64,000 bases of DNA from an uncultured Gemmatimonadales bacterium (GCA_963779755.1 CAVZZO010000001.1:1-64000); one strand, 5' to 3'; positions 51,776-62,126 are shown, numbered from the stretch's first letter. Notes: a model not told the origin generated them from the sequence alone. Numbers and translations are program-made.

Positions 51776-53155
51776 TCACCGCGGCAGCACCTCCGGCATG
51801 TCCGCCACCACATACGCTATCACCGCCATGGTGGCGACACAGCGCGCTACGTCCTGGGGATCGAGTTTGTCCATCGTATCGCCCTGGCTGTGGTGGAACC
51901 AGAAGTAGCGTGTGCCGTCCACCCGCAGTCCCAGCCCGGGGACGCCTTGCTCCATGAGTGGCCCGATATCGGCCTCGCCGCCGCCCCGGGCGATGGAGTC
52001 GGAACCCACCGGCCGGAGCAGGGTGGCGATGCTGCGCAGGATAGCCAGGGTGGAGTCGTTGCCGCCGCCCAGCCCGAAGCCGATCGGGCGGAACACCCCA
52101 CCGTCGGATTCCATGGCCAGCACGTGCTGCTCGGAGGCATGGGCGTCGCGGTAGGCCTCGCCGCCGCGGCCGCCGTTCTCTTCGTTCACCCAGCCGACCA
52201 CCCGGATGGTGCGCCGCGGCCGGAGGCCCAGGGCTTTCATGATCCGCACCGCCTCCCAGGCCGCAACGACCCCGCCGCCGTCATCCATGGCGCCCTGGCC
52301 CACGTCCCACGAATCGATATGGCCGCCCAGGACCACCACCTGCTCCGGATGCTCACTCCCGGTGATCTCGGCCAGCACGTTCCGGGAATGGGCATCCGGG
52401 AGCTGGTGCGCCTGCATCCGGAGCCGCACCACCACCGGCTGCCCCCGGTCCTGCATCCGGTGCAGCATCATGGCATCTTCTACCGACAGCGCGGCCGCGG
52501 GGATCCTGGGGGCGCTGTCGTCGTAGTCCAGGGTGCCGGTGTGCGGGCTGCGGATCGAGTAGGAGGCGATCGAACGGATCAGGCAACCGACCGCCCCCGC
52601 CTTGGCGGCGGCGCTGGGCCCGCGGACCCGATACTGCACCGTCCGTCCGTAGGTCACGAAGGGCGCGTCGAAGAGGACGATCTTTCCCTTCGCCTCCGCC
52701 GCACGCCGGTTCAATTCGGCAAAGTCCGAGACCACCAGCACCGGCGCCGTGATTCCGCTGTCGGGCGTGCCCACGCTCATGCCCAGGCCGAGCATGGGCA
52801 GGTTCATGCGGCGCGGCTGGATCAGCTCGGCCGACTCCTCCCCGCGGACCCAGTGCGGAACCATGACCGGCTCGCCCCGGACACGCTCCAGGCCGTCCTG
52901 CTTCATCTGCCCCAGCATCCAGTCGATCGCCTGCTCCAGGCTGGGCGACCCGCTGAGCCGGTGGCCGTACGTATCCACCATCAGGGCCAGCCGCTGCCAC
53001 GCCGCGCTGTCCCGGGTAGCCGAGGCGATGATCCGCTCGGCCACCGGCCGGTAGCGGGCGATCAGCGCCGAATCGGTCCGGGATTGGGCGCTCAGAGATC
53101 CAGCGGCCAGAGAGGCACAAACGGCGTAACTCGCAACACGGAGCACTCGGTGCAT
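51776..53155 (-). CDS. M28 family peptidase (carboxypeptidase Q-like)
   Basis: GGHIDSWD, GAMDDGGG, NEENG, ESDGG, HH...D. Confidence 0.9.
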   Translation of the reverse strand: MHRVLRVASYAVCASLAAGSLSAQSRTDSALIARYRPVAERIIASATRDSAAWQRLALMVDTYGHRLSGSPSLEQAIDWMLGQMKQDGLERVRGEPVMVPHWVRGEESAELIQPRRMNLPMLGLGMSVGTPDSGITAPVLVVSDFAELNRRAAEAKGKIVLFDAPFVTYGRTVQYRVRGPSAAAKAGAVGCLIRSIASYSIRSPHTGTLDYDDSAPRIPAAALSVEDAMMLHRMQDRGQPVVVRLRMQAHQLPDAHSRNVLAEITGSEHPEQVVVLGGHIDSWDVGQGAMDDGGGVVAAWEAVRIMKALGLRPRRTIRVVGWVNEENGGRGGEAYRDAHASEQHVLAMESDGGVFRPIGFGLGGGNDSTLAILRSIATLLRPVGSDSIARGGGEADIGPLMEQGVPGLGLRVDGTRYFWFHHSQGDTMDKLDPQDVARCVATMAVIAYVVADMPEVLPR

Positions 53156-53316
53156 GGCGCCTATCGCTCGTCAGGGGAATAATCCGCAGATTACGCAGAT
53201 TCTGGCCGATTAGCGCTGCAATGTATGTTTGTTCTGACAGGATAGGAATGTGTCCGGGGCGTAACCGTCCGGATCTCGATCATACTGCGGATCACCTCCT
53301 CCGTCCCTCTGTGAGC

Positions 53317-54468
53317 ATGAAACGCCACTTCTTCCCTGTCGCAATACTGGTATCGCTGACCGGGTGCGGCGGCCAGTCCGCGCCCGAGCCTCCTCCCGGC
53401 GACAACAGCGTGACGCTGGCTCCCGTGGTATCCGGCGTCGCGTTTCCGGTCGATCTCACCAGCCCGCCCGGCGACACGGCCCGTCTCTTTGTGGTGCAGA
53501 AGGATGGCCGGATACGCATTGTGCGCCACGACAGCCTGCTGCCCCGGCCGTTTCTGGATCTCGGGGACAGGGTGTCGTCGGGCAGTGAACAGGGGTTGCT
53601 GGGGCTCGCCTTCCACCCCGAATACGCCACCAACGGCCGCTTCTTCGTGGACTATACCGACCGGGACGGGAACACCCATGTCGCCGAGTTCCATGCCGGT
53701 CCTGCGTCCGACGTAGCGGATTCGGCGAGCGAGGCCACCATTCTCACAGTGACCCAGCCCTACAGCAACCACAACGGCGGCCAGATCCGTTTCGGGCCCG
53801 ACGGCTATCTCTACATCGGGCTGGGCGACGGCGGCTCCGGCGGCGATCCTGAGGGCCACGGGCAGGACCGCAGCGAGCTGCTCGCCTCGATGCTCCGGCT
53901 CGACGTGGACCACGGCGCGCCCTACACTATTCCGGCGGACAATCCCTGGCCCTCCACCGTCGGGATCCGTCCCGAGTTGTGGAATTACGGGCTGCGTAAT
54001 CCCTGGCGCTTCAGCTGGGACCGTCAGACCGGCGATCTCTACATCGCCGATGTCGGCCAGAACGCTCACGAGGAAGTGGACGTGGCGCCCCACGGCAGCG
54101 GCAGTGCACAGAATTACGGCTGGAACATCATGGAGGGTCTCTCCTGCTACGGCCAGTCGTCCTGCGACCCGACCGGCCTTACGCTGCCCGTGCTGGATTA
54201 CGGCCACGACGCGGGCTGCTCCATCACCGGCGGATACGTCTATCGCGGACAGGATCTGCCGGCCCTGCAGGGTACCTACTTCTATGCCGACTACTGCGAG
54301 GGCTGGATCCGCAGCTTCGTCTACCGGGGAGGCAAGGCCCAGGATCAGCGCTCGTGGCCCGGGCTCCAGGCCTCGGGCCAGATCACCAGCTTCGGAGAGG
54401 ACGCCGGGGGGGAGCTCTATGTGCTGGTGGCGGGTGGCCAGGTCTATCGACTCTCCCCCTCGCCCTGA
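53317..54468 (+). CDS. PQQ-dependent sugar dehydrogenase (GSDH) lipoprotein
   Basis: EQGLLGLAFHP, NHNGG, GLRNPWR, DVGQ. Confidence 0.9.
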   Translation: MKRHFFPVAILVSLTGCGGQSAPEPPPGDNSVTLAPVVSGVAFPVDLTSPPGDTARLFVVQKDGRIRIVRHDSLLPRPFLDLGDRVSSGSEQGLLGLAFHPEYATNGRFFVDYTDRDGNTHVAEFHAGPASDVADSASEATILTVTQPYSNHNGGQIRFGPDGYLYIGLGDGGSGGDPEGHGQDRSELLASMLRLDVDHGAPYTIPADNPWPSTVGIRPELWNYGLRNPWRFSWDRQTGDLYIADVGQNAHEEVDVAPHGSGSAQNYGWNIMEGLSCYGQSSCDPTGLTLPVLDYGHDAGCSITGGYVYRGQDLPALQGTYFYADYCEGWIRSFVYRGGKAQDQRSWPGLQASGQITSFGEDAGGELYVLVAGGQVYRLSPSP

Positions 54469-54927
54469 TCAACCCGTCCTGTGCGAGAGCGAATAGACAT
54501 ACGCGGCCACCGCCCGGATCTGCAGCGGGGACAGCACCGCCCCGCCCATGGGCGGCATCGGCGCCGGGTACTTCTTGGGCGGCGCCACCCCGGTGCGGAC
54601 GGTATTCATGATGAACGTATAGCTGCCGTCGCCGTGCAGCCATTCGCCGTCCGTCAGGTTGGGGCAGGTCTGGGTACCCTTCGCGTCGGGGCCATGGCAG
54701 GTGAAGCAGGTGCCGCCCGCCACCTGGCCGTGAAAGACGCTGTCGCCCAGGGCGATCAGCGCCGGGGTGATGGTCGTATCCATGGTGGCGCTGGGCGGCT
54801 CTTCCGGCGGCTGGGTTTCCGCCTGGGTCGCTTCGCCGGCCGCGGGTTTCTTCTCGCTGCCGCAGCCGGCCGCCAGCGCCGCCAGGGCCAGGGTGGCCGT
54901 CAGCCTCCAGTACAACGCGCGTGTCAT
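54469..54927 (-). CDS. Monoheme cytochrome c lipoprotein
   Basis: LAAGC lipobox; CFTCH; MPPMGG. Confidence 0.88.
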   Translation of the reverse strand: MTRALYWRLTATLALAALAAGCGSEKKPAAGEATQAETQPPEEPPSATMDTTITPALIALGDSVFHGQVAGGTCFTCHGPDAKGTQTCPNLTDGEWLHGDGSYTFIMNTVRTGVAPPKKYPAPMPPMGGAVLSPLQIRAVAAYVYSLSHRTG

Positions 54928-54981
54928 CTCACCTCCGGGTGGTTGTCCCCAGAGCCAGTATAGGATTCAAGCCGGCTTCCC

Positions 54982-55938
54982 ATGAGTGAGAACCATCACA
55001 CCTGTCCCTCCGACACGCTGACCGCCGAACGCGCCGCCCGGCTGGCTCTAGCGGTGCCGCCTCTGGTGCGCTTCGGGACATCCTCCTGGAACTACCCCGG
55101 CTGGGCCGGCCTGGTCTACCACCGGAAGTATCCCAGATCGGGCGCCGCCGGCCGGATGCTCGAGGAATACGCCCGGTTTCCCCTCTTCCGGACCGTGGGC
55201 ATGGACTCGAGCTTCTATGCGCCGCCCGATCCGAAGCAGCTCACCCGCTATAACGACGCCCTGCCACCCGGCTTCCCCTGCGTCAGCAAGGTGTGGGAAC
55301 GGATCACCGTGCACACCCATTCCGGCCGGCGCGGCACCGGGCCCGCGGGCCAGCCCAACCCCGACTTCCTGAACGCCGGGCTCTTTCTCGATGAGGTGGC
55401 CACTCCCTGGCAGAAGTACTTCAGCAGCCATCAGGGGCCGTTCGTCTTCGAATTCCAGACTATCGCGAAACGCGCGGGGCTCTCGCCACAGGAGTTCGCC
55501 GACCGGCTCGACGGGTTCTTCTCCGCCCTCCCGCGGGAGCTGCCCTACGCGGTCGAGGTGCGGAACGAGGAGTTCCTGGCGCCGCCGTACTTTGCCGTGC
55601 TGCGCGAGCACGGGGTGGCGCACGTCTTCAACAGCTGGACCCGGATGCCGCCGATCGGCGACCAGCTGGCCATTCCCGAATCGATCACCGGAACCGCGAT
55701 CGTGGTGCGCGCCCTGCTGCGCCCCGGCCGTACCTATCAGCAGGCGGTGGACCGGCTCGCGCCCTACGACCGGATCCGCGAGCCGAATCAATATCTGCGC
55801 AGTGACCTGGTGCGGGTAGTGCGGCGGGCGCAGGCGCTCAGAATCCCGGCTTATGTGCTGGTGAACAACCGCACGGAGGGTTCGGCGCCGCATACCATCG
55901 CGGCCGTGGCGGAGATGCTGGAAAGCGGTGAGCAGTGA
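54982..55938 (+). CDS. DUF72 family protein
   Basis: GTSSWNYPGW, DSSFY..P, AVEVRN, NN..EGSAP. Confidence 0.88.
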   Translation: MSENHHTCPSDTLTAERAARLALAVPPLVRFGTSSWNYPGWAGLVYHRKYPRSGAAGRMLEEYARFPLFRTVGMDSSFYAPPDPKQLTRYNDALPPGFPCVSKVWERITVHTHSGRRGTGPAGQPNPDFLNAGLFLDEVATPWQKYFSSHQGPFVFEFQTIAKRAGLSPQEFADRLDGFFSALPRELPYAVEVRNEEFLAPPYFAVLREHGVAHVFNSWTRMPPIGDQLAIPESITGTAIVVRALLRPGRTYQQAVDRLAPYDRIREPNQYLRSDLVRVVRRAQALRIPAYVLVNNRTEGSAPHTIAAVAEMLESGEQ

Positions 55939-56024
55939 GCGGAATGCCGCTCCCCGCTCACCGCTCACCGCTCACCGCTTACCGCTTACCGCTTACCGCT
56001 TACCGCTTACCGCTTACCGCTTAC
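55925..56024. repeat. GCGGTRA / (CCGCTYA)n heptamer inverted tracts holding both convergent stop codons
   Basis: About 10 CCGCT(C/T)A units; the same family occurs at 51737-51781. Confidence 0.9.
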
Positions 56025-57231
56025 CCACCAGTGTCTCGAGTTCGCCCCCCACTCCGGCAACCTCGCAGATCCGGGCGATCGTCTCACCGATCTTGTTGTT
56101 CGGCGTGGAGGCGCCGGCGGTGATCCCGATCGTCCGCACGCCCTCCAGCCAGCCGCTCGCATCGGTCTGCTCGCGCGACCCGACCGGCTGGTGCCGGGCG
56201 GTACCGGTGGCCGGATCGATACTGTGGGAATCTTCGATGTGCAGCGTCCGCACTCCGCGGGCGGAGGCCAGGGCGGCCAGGTGGCAGGTATTGCTCGAGT
56301 TATAGCCGCCGACCACCACCATCAGATCGGGCGGCTCACGCAGCAGCTCCTCCACGGCATCCTGCCGTTCCTGCGTGGCGGAGCAGATGGTATCGAAGCT
56401 GCGGAAATGCTGCTCCAGCGCCGCGTCGCCGTAGCGCGCCGCCATGGTGCGGCGGAATTCCTCGGCGATCGCCAGCGATTCGCTGGACAGCATGGTGGTC
56501 TGGTTGGCGAGCCCCACCCGCTGCAGGTCGCGCGCGAAGTCGAACCCCGGCGATACGGCATGGGCAAACCGGGACTGCAGCCCCGCGGGATCGCCACCCT
56601 GTTCGATAAACTCGCAGACCAGCCGGGCCTCGGCCATGTTGCGCACCACCAGATACCCGCCGCCGGGATATTTGGTCACCTGGCTCGCGGTGGCCTTGGT
56701 CTCCTCGTGGAAATACTTGCCGTGGATGATGGCGGTGAAACCCTCGCGGGCGTACCGCTCCACCCGCTTCCAGACGTTGAGCACCGACCCGCAGGTGGTG
56801 TCCACCATCACGCATCCCAGCTCACGCAACCGCGCGAAATCCTCCACCGTGATGCCGAAGGCCGGGAGGATTACTACATCGCCGGAGGTGATGCCGGAGA
56901 AATCGAACACTCCGGCATCGTCCCGCCACAGGAACTCCACGCCCATCTCCTGCAGCCGCCGGTTGACATGCGGATTGTGAATGATCTCGCCCACCAGGAA
57001 GAGCCGCTTGCCGGGGAACTTGGTCCGGGTCTCGTAGGCGTATTCGACTGCCCGGTCAACCCCGTAGCAGAAGCCGAACTCCTTGGCCAGGCGGAAGCCG
57101 AGCGGCCCCACCGCCAGCCGGTGCCCACCGGCCCGCAGCAGCTCCACCAGGCCACTGAAATAATCGGCCTGGAGCTGCCCCTTGATCTCGTCCTTGAGGC
57201 CGAATCCCTTGCGAAAGTAGGTCGCTTCCAT
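56014..57231 (-). CDS. ispH: 4-hydroxy-3-methylbut-2-enyl diphosphate reductase
   Basis: FGFCYGV, IIHNP, DTTC, HEET, NQTT, TICSATQERQ, SSN, AGASTP. Confidence 0.95.
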   Translation of the reverse strand: MEATYFRKGFGLKDEIKGQLQADYFSGLVELLRAGGHRLAVGPLGFRLAKEFGFCYGVDRAVEYAYETRTKFPGKRLFLVGEIIHNPHVNRRLQEMGVEFLWRDDAGVFDFSGITSGDVVILPAFGITVEDFARLRELGCVMVDTTCGSVLNVWKRVERYAREGFTAIIHGKYFHEETKATASQVTKYPGGGYLVVRNMAEARLVCEFIEQGGDPAGLQSRFAHAVSPGFDFARDLQRVGLANQTTMLSSESLAIAEEFRRTMAARYGDAALEQHFRSFDTICSATQERQDAVEELLREPPDLMVVVGGYNSSNTCHLAALASARGVRTLHIEDSHSIDPATGTARHQPVGSREQTDASGWLEGVRTIGITAGASTPNNKIGETIARICEVAGVGGELETLVGKR

Positions 57232-57235
57232 GTCC

Positions 57236-57781
57236 TCAACGTAATGACGTGTCGGGAGAAGCGGGGGCCGGGGCCGGACCCGGCACCGCCCCGGGGGGGC
57301 AGCCCGCGGAGTCCGCTGTCACGGCCAGGCGCCGGAACTCACCCTCCAGCTCGATCGTCCCGCCGGAAAGCTCCTGGAGCCGCGCCTCCAGATTGCCGGA
57401 GACGACGCCGTCCGCCTCCCGGATCCGGACAGACCCCGAGGTGCCGTAATAGCCATGGATCAGGTTGAGGCCGAGCAACCGGAGCGCGAGCGTGGCGCGG
57501 GGCCGCGTCAGCGAGTCCAGCGGCGGGCGAACGGGATACTCGCCGGCGGAGAGTTTCCCCTGCGGGTAGATCGCGATCGCCACGCCGGTATCGTTGCCCA
57601 GCGCGATCACTTCCATCATCCCGGGGCCCTCGCACCAGTGCGCCAGGCCGCGAGCGAGCAGCCGGGCGCGCTGGCCACTGTCGCTTCCGCGGCTCCAATG
57701 CACCAGCAGATCGCCCTCGCCGCCGCCGCGCTGGCATCCGCCCAGGGCCAGCAGTCCCAGCCCCAGCAGCCAGAGTCTCAT
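57236..57781 (-). CDS. Hypothetical lipoprotein
   Basis: LALGGC lipobox; ATGA overlap with the thioesterase. Confidence 0.65.
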   Translation of the reverse strand: MRLWLLGLGLLALGGCQRGGGEGDLLVHWSRGSDSGQRARLLARGLAHWCEGPGMMEVIALGNDTGVAIAIYPQGKLSAGEYPVRPPLDSLTRPRATLALRLLGLNLIHGYYGTSGSVRIREADGVVSGNLEARLQELSGGTIELEGEFRRLAVTADSAGCPPGAVPGPAPAPASPDTSLR

Positions 57782-58233
57782 GGCGCCACCCCGAGCTGCC
57801 GCCGGGCCTCGTCCCTTCCCAGCGCCCAGGGTTGCAGTCGCTCCACCAGCTCCGCCGGTAGCGGACGCGACCGCAGCGCGCTGCGGTCGGTGCACACCAG
57901 CACCAGGTGCCCCTCGGCGCCCAGCTTACCCGTGGGCTGGTGCAACACGTCGAAACTGATGGTGATCGACTTGGTCCCGATCCGGCTCACGTATGCGGCC
58001 ACCAGCAGCCGGTCGTCCAGCCTGACGGGATGGTGGAACTCGGTGTGTACCTGCACCCGCGGGAGGTAGATGTCATAGCGGTCGAATAAAGTTCCAAAGG
58101 GCATGCCCGCCTCGCGGAACAGCTCCATCTCGGCCAGCTCGAAGAGCCGGACATAGGAGCCATAGAAGATGATACCGGCGGCATCCACGTCCGACCAGCG
58201 AACGCGCTCTTCGACCACGAAGGGAGTGGGCAT
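57778..58233 (-). CDS. Acyl-CoA thioesterase (hotdog fold, YbgC-like)
   Basis: RVRWSDVDAAGIIFYGSY. Confidence 0.88.
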   Translation of the reverse strand: MPTPFVVEERVRWSDVDAAGIIFYGSYVRLFELAEMELFREAGMPFGTLFDRYDIYLPRVQVHTEFHHPVRLDDRLLVAAYVSRIGTKSITISFDVLHQPTGKLGAEGHLVLVCTDRSALRSRPLPAELVERLQPWALGRDEARRQLGVAP

Positions 58234-58295
58234 GCCCAAAGATAGGCGAATGGCAGAAAAGGACTGGGAGAAAAGGACTGAGGAGTGAGTGGGGT

Positions 58296-60527
58296 CTAGC
58301 GCGGCGCCAGAAACACCAGGTCGAACCTGAGCCCCTGGCCCGGCCCCACCAGCGGGAAGCTGAAATCGAGACGCGAGAGGCCCCGGAGGAACGACAGCCC
58401 GATGCCGCCACCCACCAGGGGATCGCTCTTGAAGAGCTTCGAAGGCTGCGCCGCCTGGCCCGCATCGGCAAAGAAGACCGGGCGCACCCCCCAGCTCTTC
58501 CACGGGGTATAGTCGGCCTGTACCGCCCAGAACGCCTGGCCCGCCCGGGTGCCGTAATCAAACCCCCGGACGCTGCGGAGCCCGCCGGCGCGGAAGGCGC
58601 GCTGCGGCAGCACGGGACTGGTGGCGATACCGGCGCGGAGGCCGAGGGAAAGGCCCCGGTCGCCGCCGACGGCCTGGCGCCACTGACCCTCCACCCGGCC
58701 CATGGTGCGGCCCGCCCCCGTTAGGACATCGGTCATGAGCGTCCAACGGGCCCGCCGCAACTCGCCATCCAGACGGAGCCCGCCGCCCAGAAAATCGCCG
58801 GTGACGATGGGCGGGTTGGGCGGGAACCACCCGTCGCCACCCAGCAGATCGTTCAGGCCCGACCGGGCTTCGGCCCGGACGCTCGACTGGTGCTCGGCCA
58901 GGGCGGAGAGCGTCAGCTCCAGGCCGCGCCGCGGCGAGGTCTGATACTCCAGCGAGCCGCCCTGTGCCAGGTAGTAATCGGCGTTGTCATGGGCCACGAA
59001 GAGCGCGTTCATGGTGTTGCCCACGGCGGACCCGGCGAAGAGCGCATCCACCGGATTCCCCGGTGCCAGCCCGTGCCGCACATCCTCCACCTCGGCCAGG
59101 TCGCGGTATCCGCTCAGGATCCAGCGCCCCCCGGGCGCTTCCCGGATCGCGGAGAGCCGCCCCAGAATCCGGCTGTCGCTCAGGCCGTAGCGGAGCGTGC
59201 CGCGGAGGGTAGTGAAGTCGATGCCGGGAACCGCCCACTGATACCCCAGTCCGAAGGACAGCCCCTGCACCCGGTTGTAGCGGAAGACATCGGCCAGCCG
59301 CCGGTAGCTGAGGCCAAACCGCCGTCGACCCGTGAGCTCGTCGGGCAACGACTCCGACAGATCCGCCAACTGGGTCACCATCTCCCGGATGCCCCGATCC
59401 TCCGCCGGCGAGAGTTCCAGCGCCAGTGAATCGTCCCAGCGGCTGAAGGAAGCGAGCGAATCCTTCGGCGCGGTGTGAATCTCATAGCGGCCGCCATGCC
59501 AGCTGCCGGCCACATCCCGGGCCCCGGCGCTATCCCGGCCGGGCCGCCGGCTCCGCCGCCCACTCTGCCCACTCTGCCCACTCTGCCCACTCTGCTCACT
59601 CTGCCCACTCTGCCCACTCTGCCCACTCTGCCCACTCAGACTATCCTGCGGCAACCGGAATGCCACCGGCTTGCCGGTATTCACCCGATAGTCGTCGAAG
59701 GTGGTCATGATCCGGAAGGGCACCACGGCATTCACGACCGGCACCTGGACTTCTCCCGCCAGGACCTGGCGCCATGGCATCCAGTAGCGGCCGTCCTGCA
59801 GCGAATACTCGAGATCGGCATCGACCTGCAGAATGCGGTTGACCAGCGAGTTCATCCGGCGGGCGCTGGTCGAATCCTGGCCGTCATCCGGCACCACCCA
59901 GAGCTGCGTTCCGACATAGCGGAAGGTGAACCGGACGACCTCGGCCGTTTCGGCATCGAGCCCGATCCGGCCCGCCACCAGCGACGGCCCGACCCGCCTG
60001 GGCGTCACGGCCACCGAGTAGATCTTGACCGGCCCGTGGTCCGGATCGTACACCGTCACACTGTCGGTCAGGTCGTAGTGGTACCAGTCGGGCCCGTCGG
60101 CCGCCAGCGGGTGCAACGCCGCGCGGGTGGGGAAGTCGCTGCCGAAGATCCGGACCGAATCGCCCAGCCCCCGCGGAATGAACCAGGGGCGGTCGAACAT
60201 GCTGGAGAGGTTGAAGTCGTCCGACCGCGCCTTGGCCCGGCGGCCTTCGATCTCGACCCGGATGTCATTGGGTTCCTGCCACTGGACCCGCCCCCGCTGC
60301 TCCTCCACCGCCATGGTGGGCAGGCGGGCCCACTGCCGCTTGCCCATGGAAAAGGACAGCCGGTAGGTCAGCCGGGCCTGATAGTCATGGACCAGCGTAT
60401 CCTGGCTCCGGTGGCGCGCCATGGCGCGCTCGACCAGAGCCCGGGTCGCCGGAGTCTGAAAGGGTGGGACAGTATCGGGAGCCTGCGTGCCGAGGAGAAC
60501 CGCCAGCGTCAGGCAGAGTGGGCCCAT
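58296..60527 (-). CDS. Outer-membrane protein with Omp85/TamA-like C-terminal barrel
   Basis: RYNRVQG, GGLRSVRGF, FADAG, GIGLS..RLDF; in-frame (GQS)8 tract. Confidence 0.7.
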   Translation of the reverse strand: MGPLCLTLAVLLGTQAPDTVPPFQTPATRALVERAMARHRSQDTLVHDYQARLTYRLSFSMGKRQWARLPTMAVEEQRGRVQWQEPNDIRVEIEGRRAKARSDDFNLSSMFDRPWFIPRGLGDSVRIFGSDFPTRAALHPLAADGPDWYHYDLTDSVTVYDPDHGPVKIYSVAVTPRRVGPSLVAGRIGLDAETAEVVRFTFRYVGTQLWVVPDDGQDSTSARRMNSLVNRILQVDADLEYSLQDGRYWMPWRQVLAGEVQVPVVNAVVPFRIMTTFDDYRVNTGKPVAFRLPQDSLSGQSGQSGQSGQSEQSGQSGQSGQSGRRSRRPGRDSAGARDVAGSWHGGRYEIHTAPKDSLASFSRWDDSLALELSPAEDRGIREMVTQLADLSESLPDELTGRRRFGLSYRRLADVFRYNRVQGLSFGLGYQWAVPGIDFTTLRGTLRYGLSDSRILGRLSAIREAPGGRWILSGYRDLAEVEDVRHGLAPGNPVDALFAGSAVGNTMNALFVAHDNADYYLAQGGSLEYQTSPRRGLELTLSALAEHQSSVRAEARSGLNDLLGGDGWFPPNPPIVTGDFLGGGLRLDGELRRARWTLMTDVLTGAGRTMGRVEGQWRQAVGGDRGLSLGLRAGIATSPVLPQRAFRAGGLRSVRGFDYGTRAGQAFWAVQADYTPWKSWGVRPVFFADAGQAAQPSKLFKSDPLVGGGIGLSFLRGLSRLDFSFPLVGPGQGLRFDLVFLAPR

Positions 60528-60976
60528 CGGCTGCGACCGTCGCGGTGAAGGCCATAGGCCTTGAGCCGCCGCCACAGGGTGGTGCGGCTGATCCCCAGGT
60601 GCCGGGCGGTCTCCGCCAGCTTCCAGTTATTGGCGTCGAGCGTGCGGACGATGGTTTCCTTCTCCCGCTCCGCCAGCGTGGTGGGACCCGCCGTCCCCGG
60701 CAGGAACATGGCCTCGCCCAGCTCCAGCGAGCCGACCCGCAGCGGCCGGAGCCTGCCACCCATGGCGGCGAGGCGCGGCAGCAGATCGCGCGAAGGTTCG
60801 CTCAGGTCTACCGTATCGCCCAGTGCTTCCCGGGCGGGCTGATTGGCATAGATCACCCGGCCTTCCCGGTCGAAGACCAGGACACCCTCGCTGAACCCGT
60901 CCAGCAGGGACTTGGCAAGCGGCGAAAAGACCGACGGCATCGGCGTGGTACCGCTCGAACTCGAGAGGTCTGGCAT
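60509..60976 (-). CDS. PAS + Fis-type HTH protein
   Basis: EGVLVFDREGRVIYAN; TARHLGISRTTLWRRLK. Confidence 0.8.
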   Translation of the reverse strand: MPDLSSSSGTTPMPSVFSPLAKSLLDGFSEGVLVFDREGRVIYANQPAREALGDTVDLSEPSRDLLPRLAAMGGRLRPLRVGSLELGEAMFLPGTAGPTTLAEREKETIVRTLDANNWKLAETARHLGISRTTLWRRLKAYGLHRDGRSRWAHSA

Positions 60977-61158
60977 AGGCTCTCCTACGAATGGCCCGGC
61001 AGCGAGGTTTCAGGTCGAGACACGCCTAAAGTTCAGGTGCCGATCCGGTTTGTCAACCTAATACGTTGAAAAGTAACAGCTTATGCATCTGAAAAGCCAT
61101 GAGGGTCCCTCCCGGGCCGTCCAGATGGTCTCATATCCAGTAGGACGTCCGGACCGCC

Positions 61159-62073
61159 TCATTCCCCCACCAGGCTGGCGGCCGGCAGCTCCCGGCGCTG
61201 GCTCCGCTCCCCCATGATGACCAGCGCCAGCCCGGCGAAGATGGTGAGGCCGGCCAGCACGGCCCGCCCGGTCAGCCGTTCCCCGCTCAGGACCATGGGC
61301 GCGATCACAGCGGCCACCAGCGGCTGGAGATAGAGATAGGCAGCGACGAGGTTGGAGGAGGCCCGCTTGAGGGTCCAGATGGTCAGGAAGTATGCCAGAA
61401 TGGTGGGGCCGAGGATGATATATCCCAGCCATGCCCAGGTGGCGGGCGAGACCCGTCCCAGGGAGACACTCCCCGCGGCGTGGAGGCCCCAGGGCAACAC
61501 ACCGAGAAAGCCGCAGGTCATCACCCAGGTGATGACCGTGATGGGGTGATAGCGCTGCAGGAGGGGTTTGGAATAGACCAGGTAGGCTGCGTAGGCCACC
61601 ATGCCGATGACGATCAGGGCATTGCCCAGGGCAAGGTCGGGCGCCAGGGAGATGCGGTCAGGGCCGATCAGGTAGACGGCACCCACCGCGGCCAGCGCGA
61701 TACCGCCGAACTTGAACCCGGAGGAGGGCTCCTGCCGGGTAAGCACCGCCAGCAGCACGGCGAAGACCGGCGCCGTGGTCACCAGGATGGTAGCGTTGAT
61801 GGCCGTCGAGTGGCTCAGCCCGGTGAGATACAGCGTCTGGTTGGCGGTGATGCCCAGCAGCCCCAGAACGGCAAGCCGCAGGCGATCGCGCGGCAGCACC
61901 CGCTCCCGCGGGCCCAGCGCCCGGAGAAGCGATAACCCCAGCGTGGCGCCGCCCACCCGAAAGAGCACCACCACGGGCGGCGGCAACTCGCGGAACACCA
62001 CCTTGCCGGCGATCGACAGACTCGCCAGCAGCACCTGAACCAGGACGAGGACCACATGGACCACCAGGGACAC
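61159..62073 (-). CDS. EamA/DMT transporter
   Basis: About 10 hydrophobic segments with two EamA-type repeats. Confidence 0.88.
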   Translation of the reverse strand: MSLVVHVVLVLVQVLLASLSIAGKVVFRELPPPVVVLFRVGGATLGLSLLRALGPRERVLPRDRLRLAVLGLLGITANQTLYLTGLSHSTAINATILVTTAPVFAVLLAVLTRQEPSSGFKFGGIALAAVGAVYLIGPDRISLAPDLALGNALIVIGMVAYAAYLVYSKPLLQRYHPITVITWVMTCGFLGVLPWGLHAAGSVSLGRVSPATWAWLGYIILGPTILAYFLTIWTLKRASSNLVAAYLYLQPLVAAVIAPMVLSGERLTGRAVLAGLTIFAGLALVIMGERSQRRELPAASLVGE

Positions 62074-62126
62074 GCCGGCTCCGGGGCTTGGGTACAGGGC
62101 CCGACCAGTGTTAGGAATTAGAAGGC

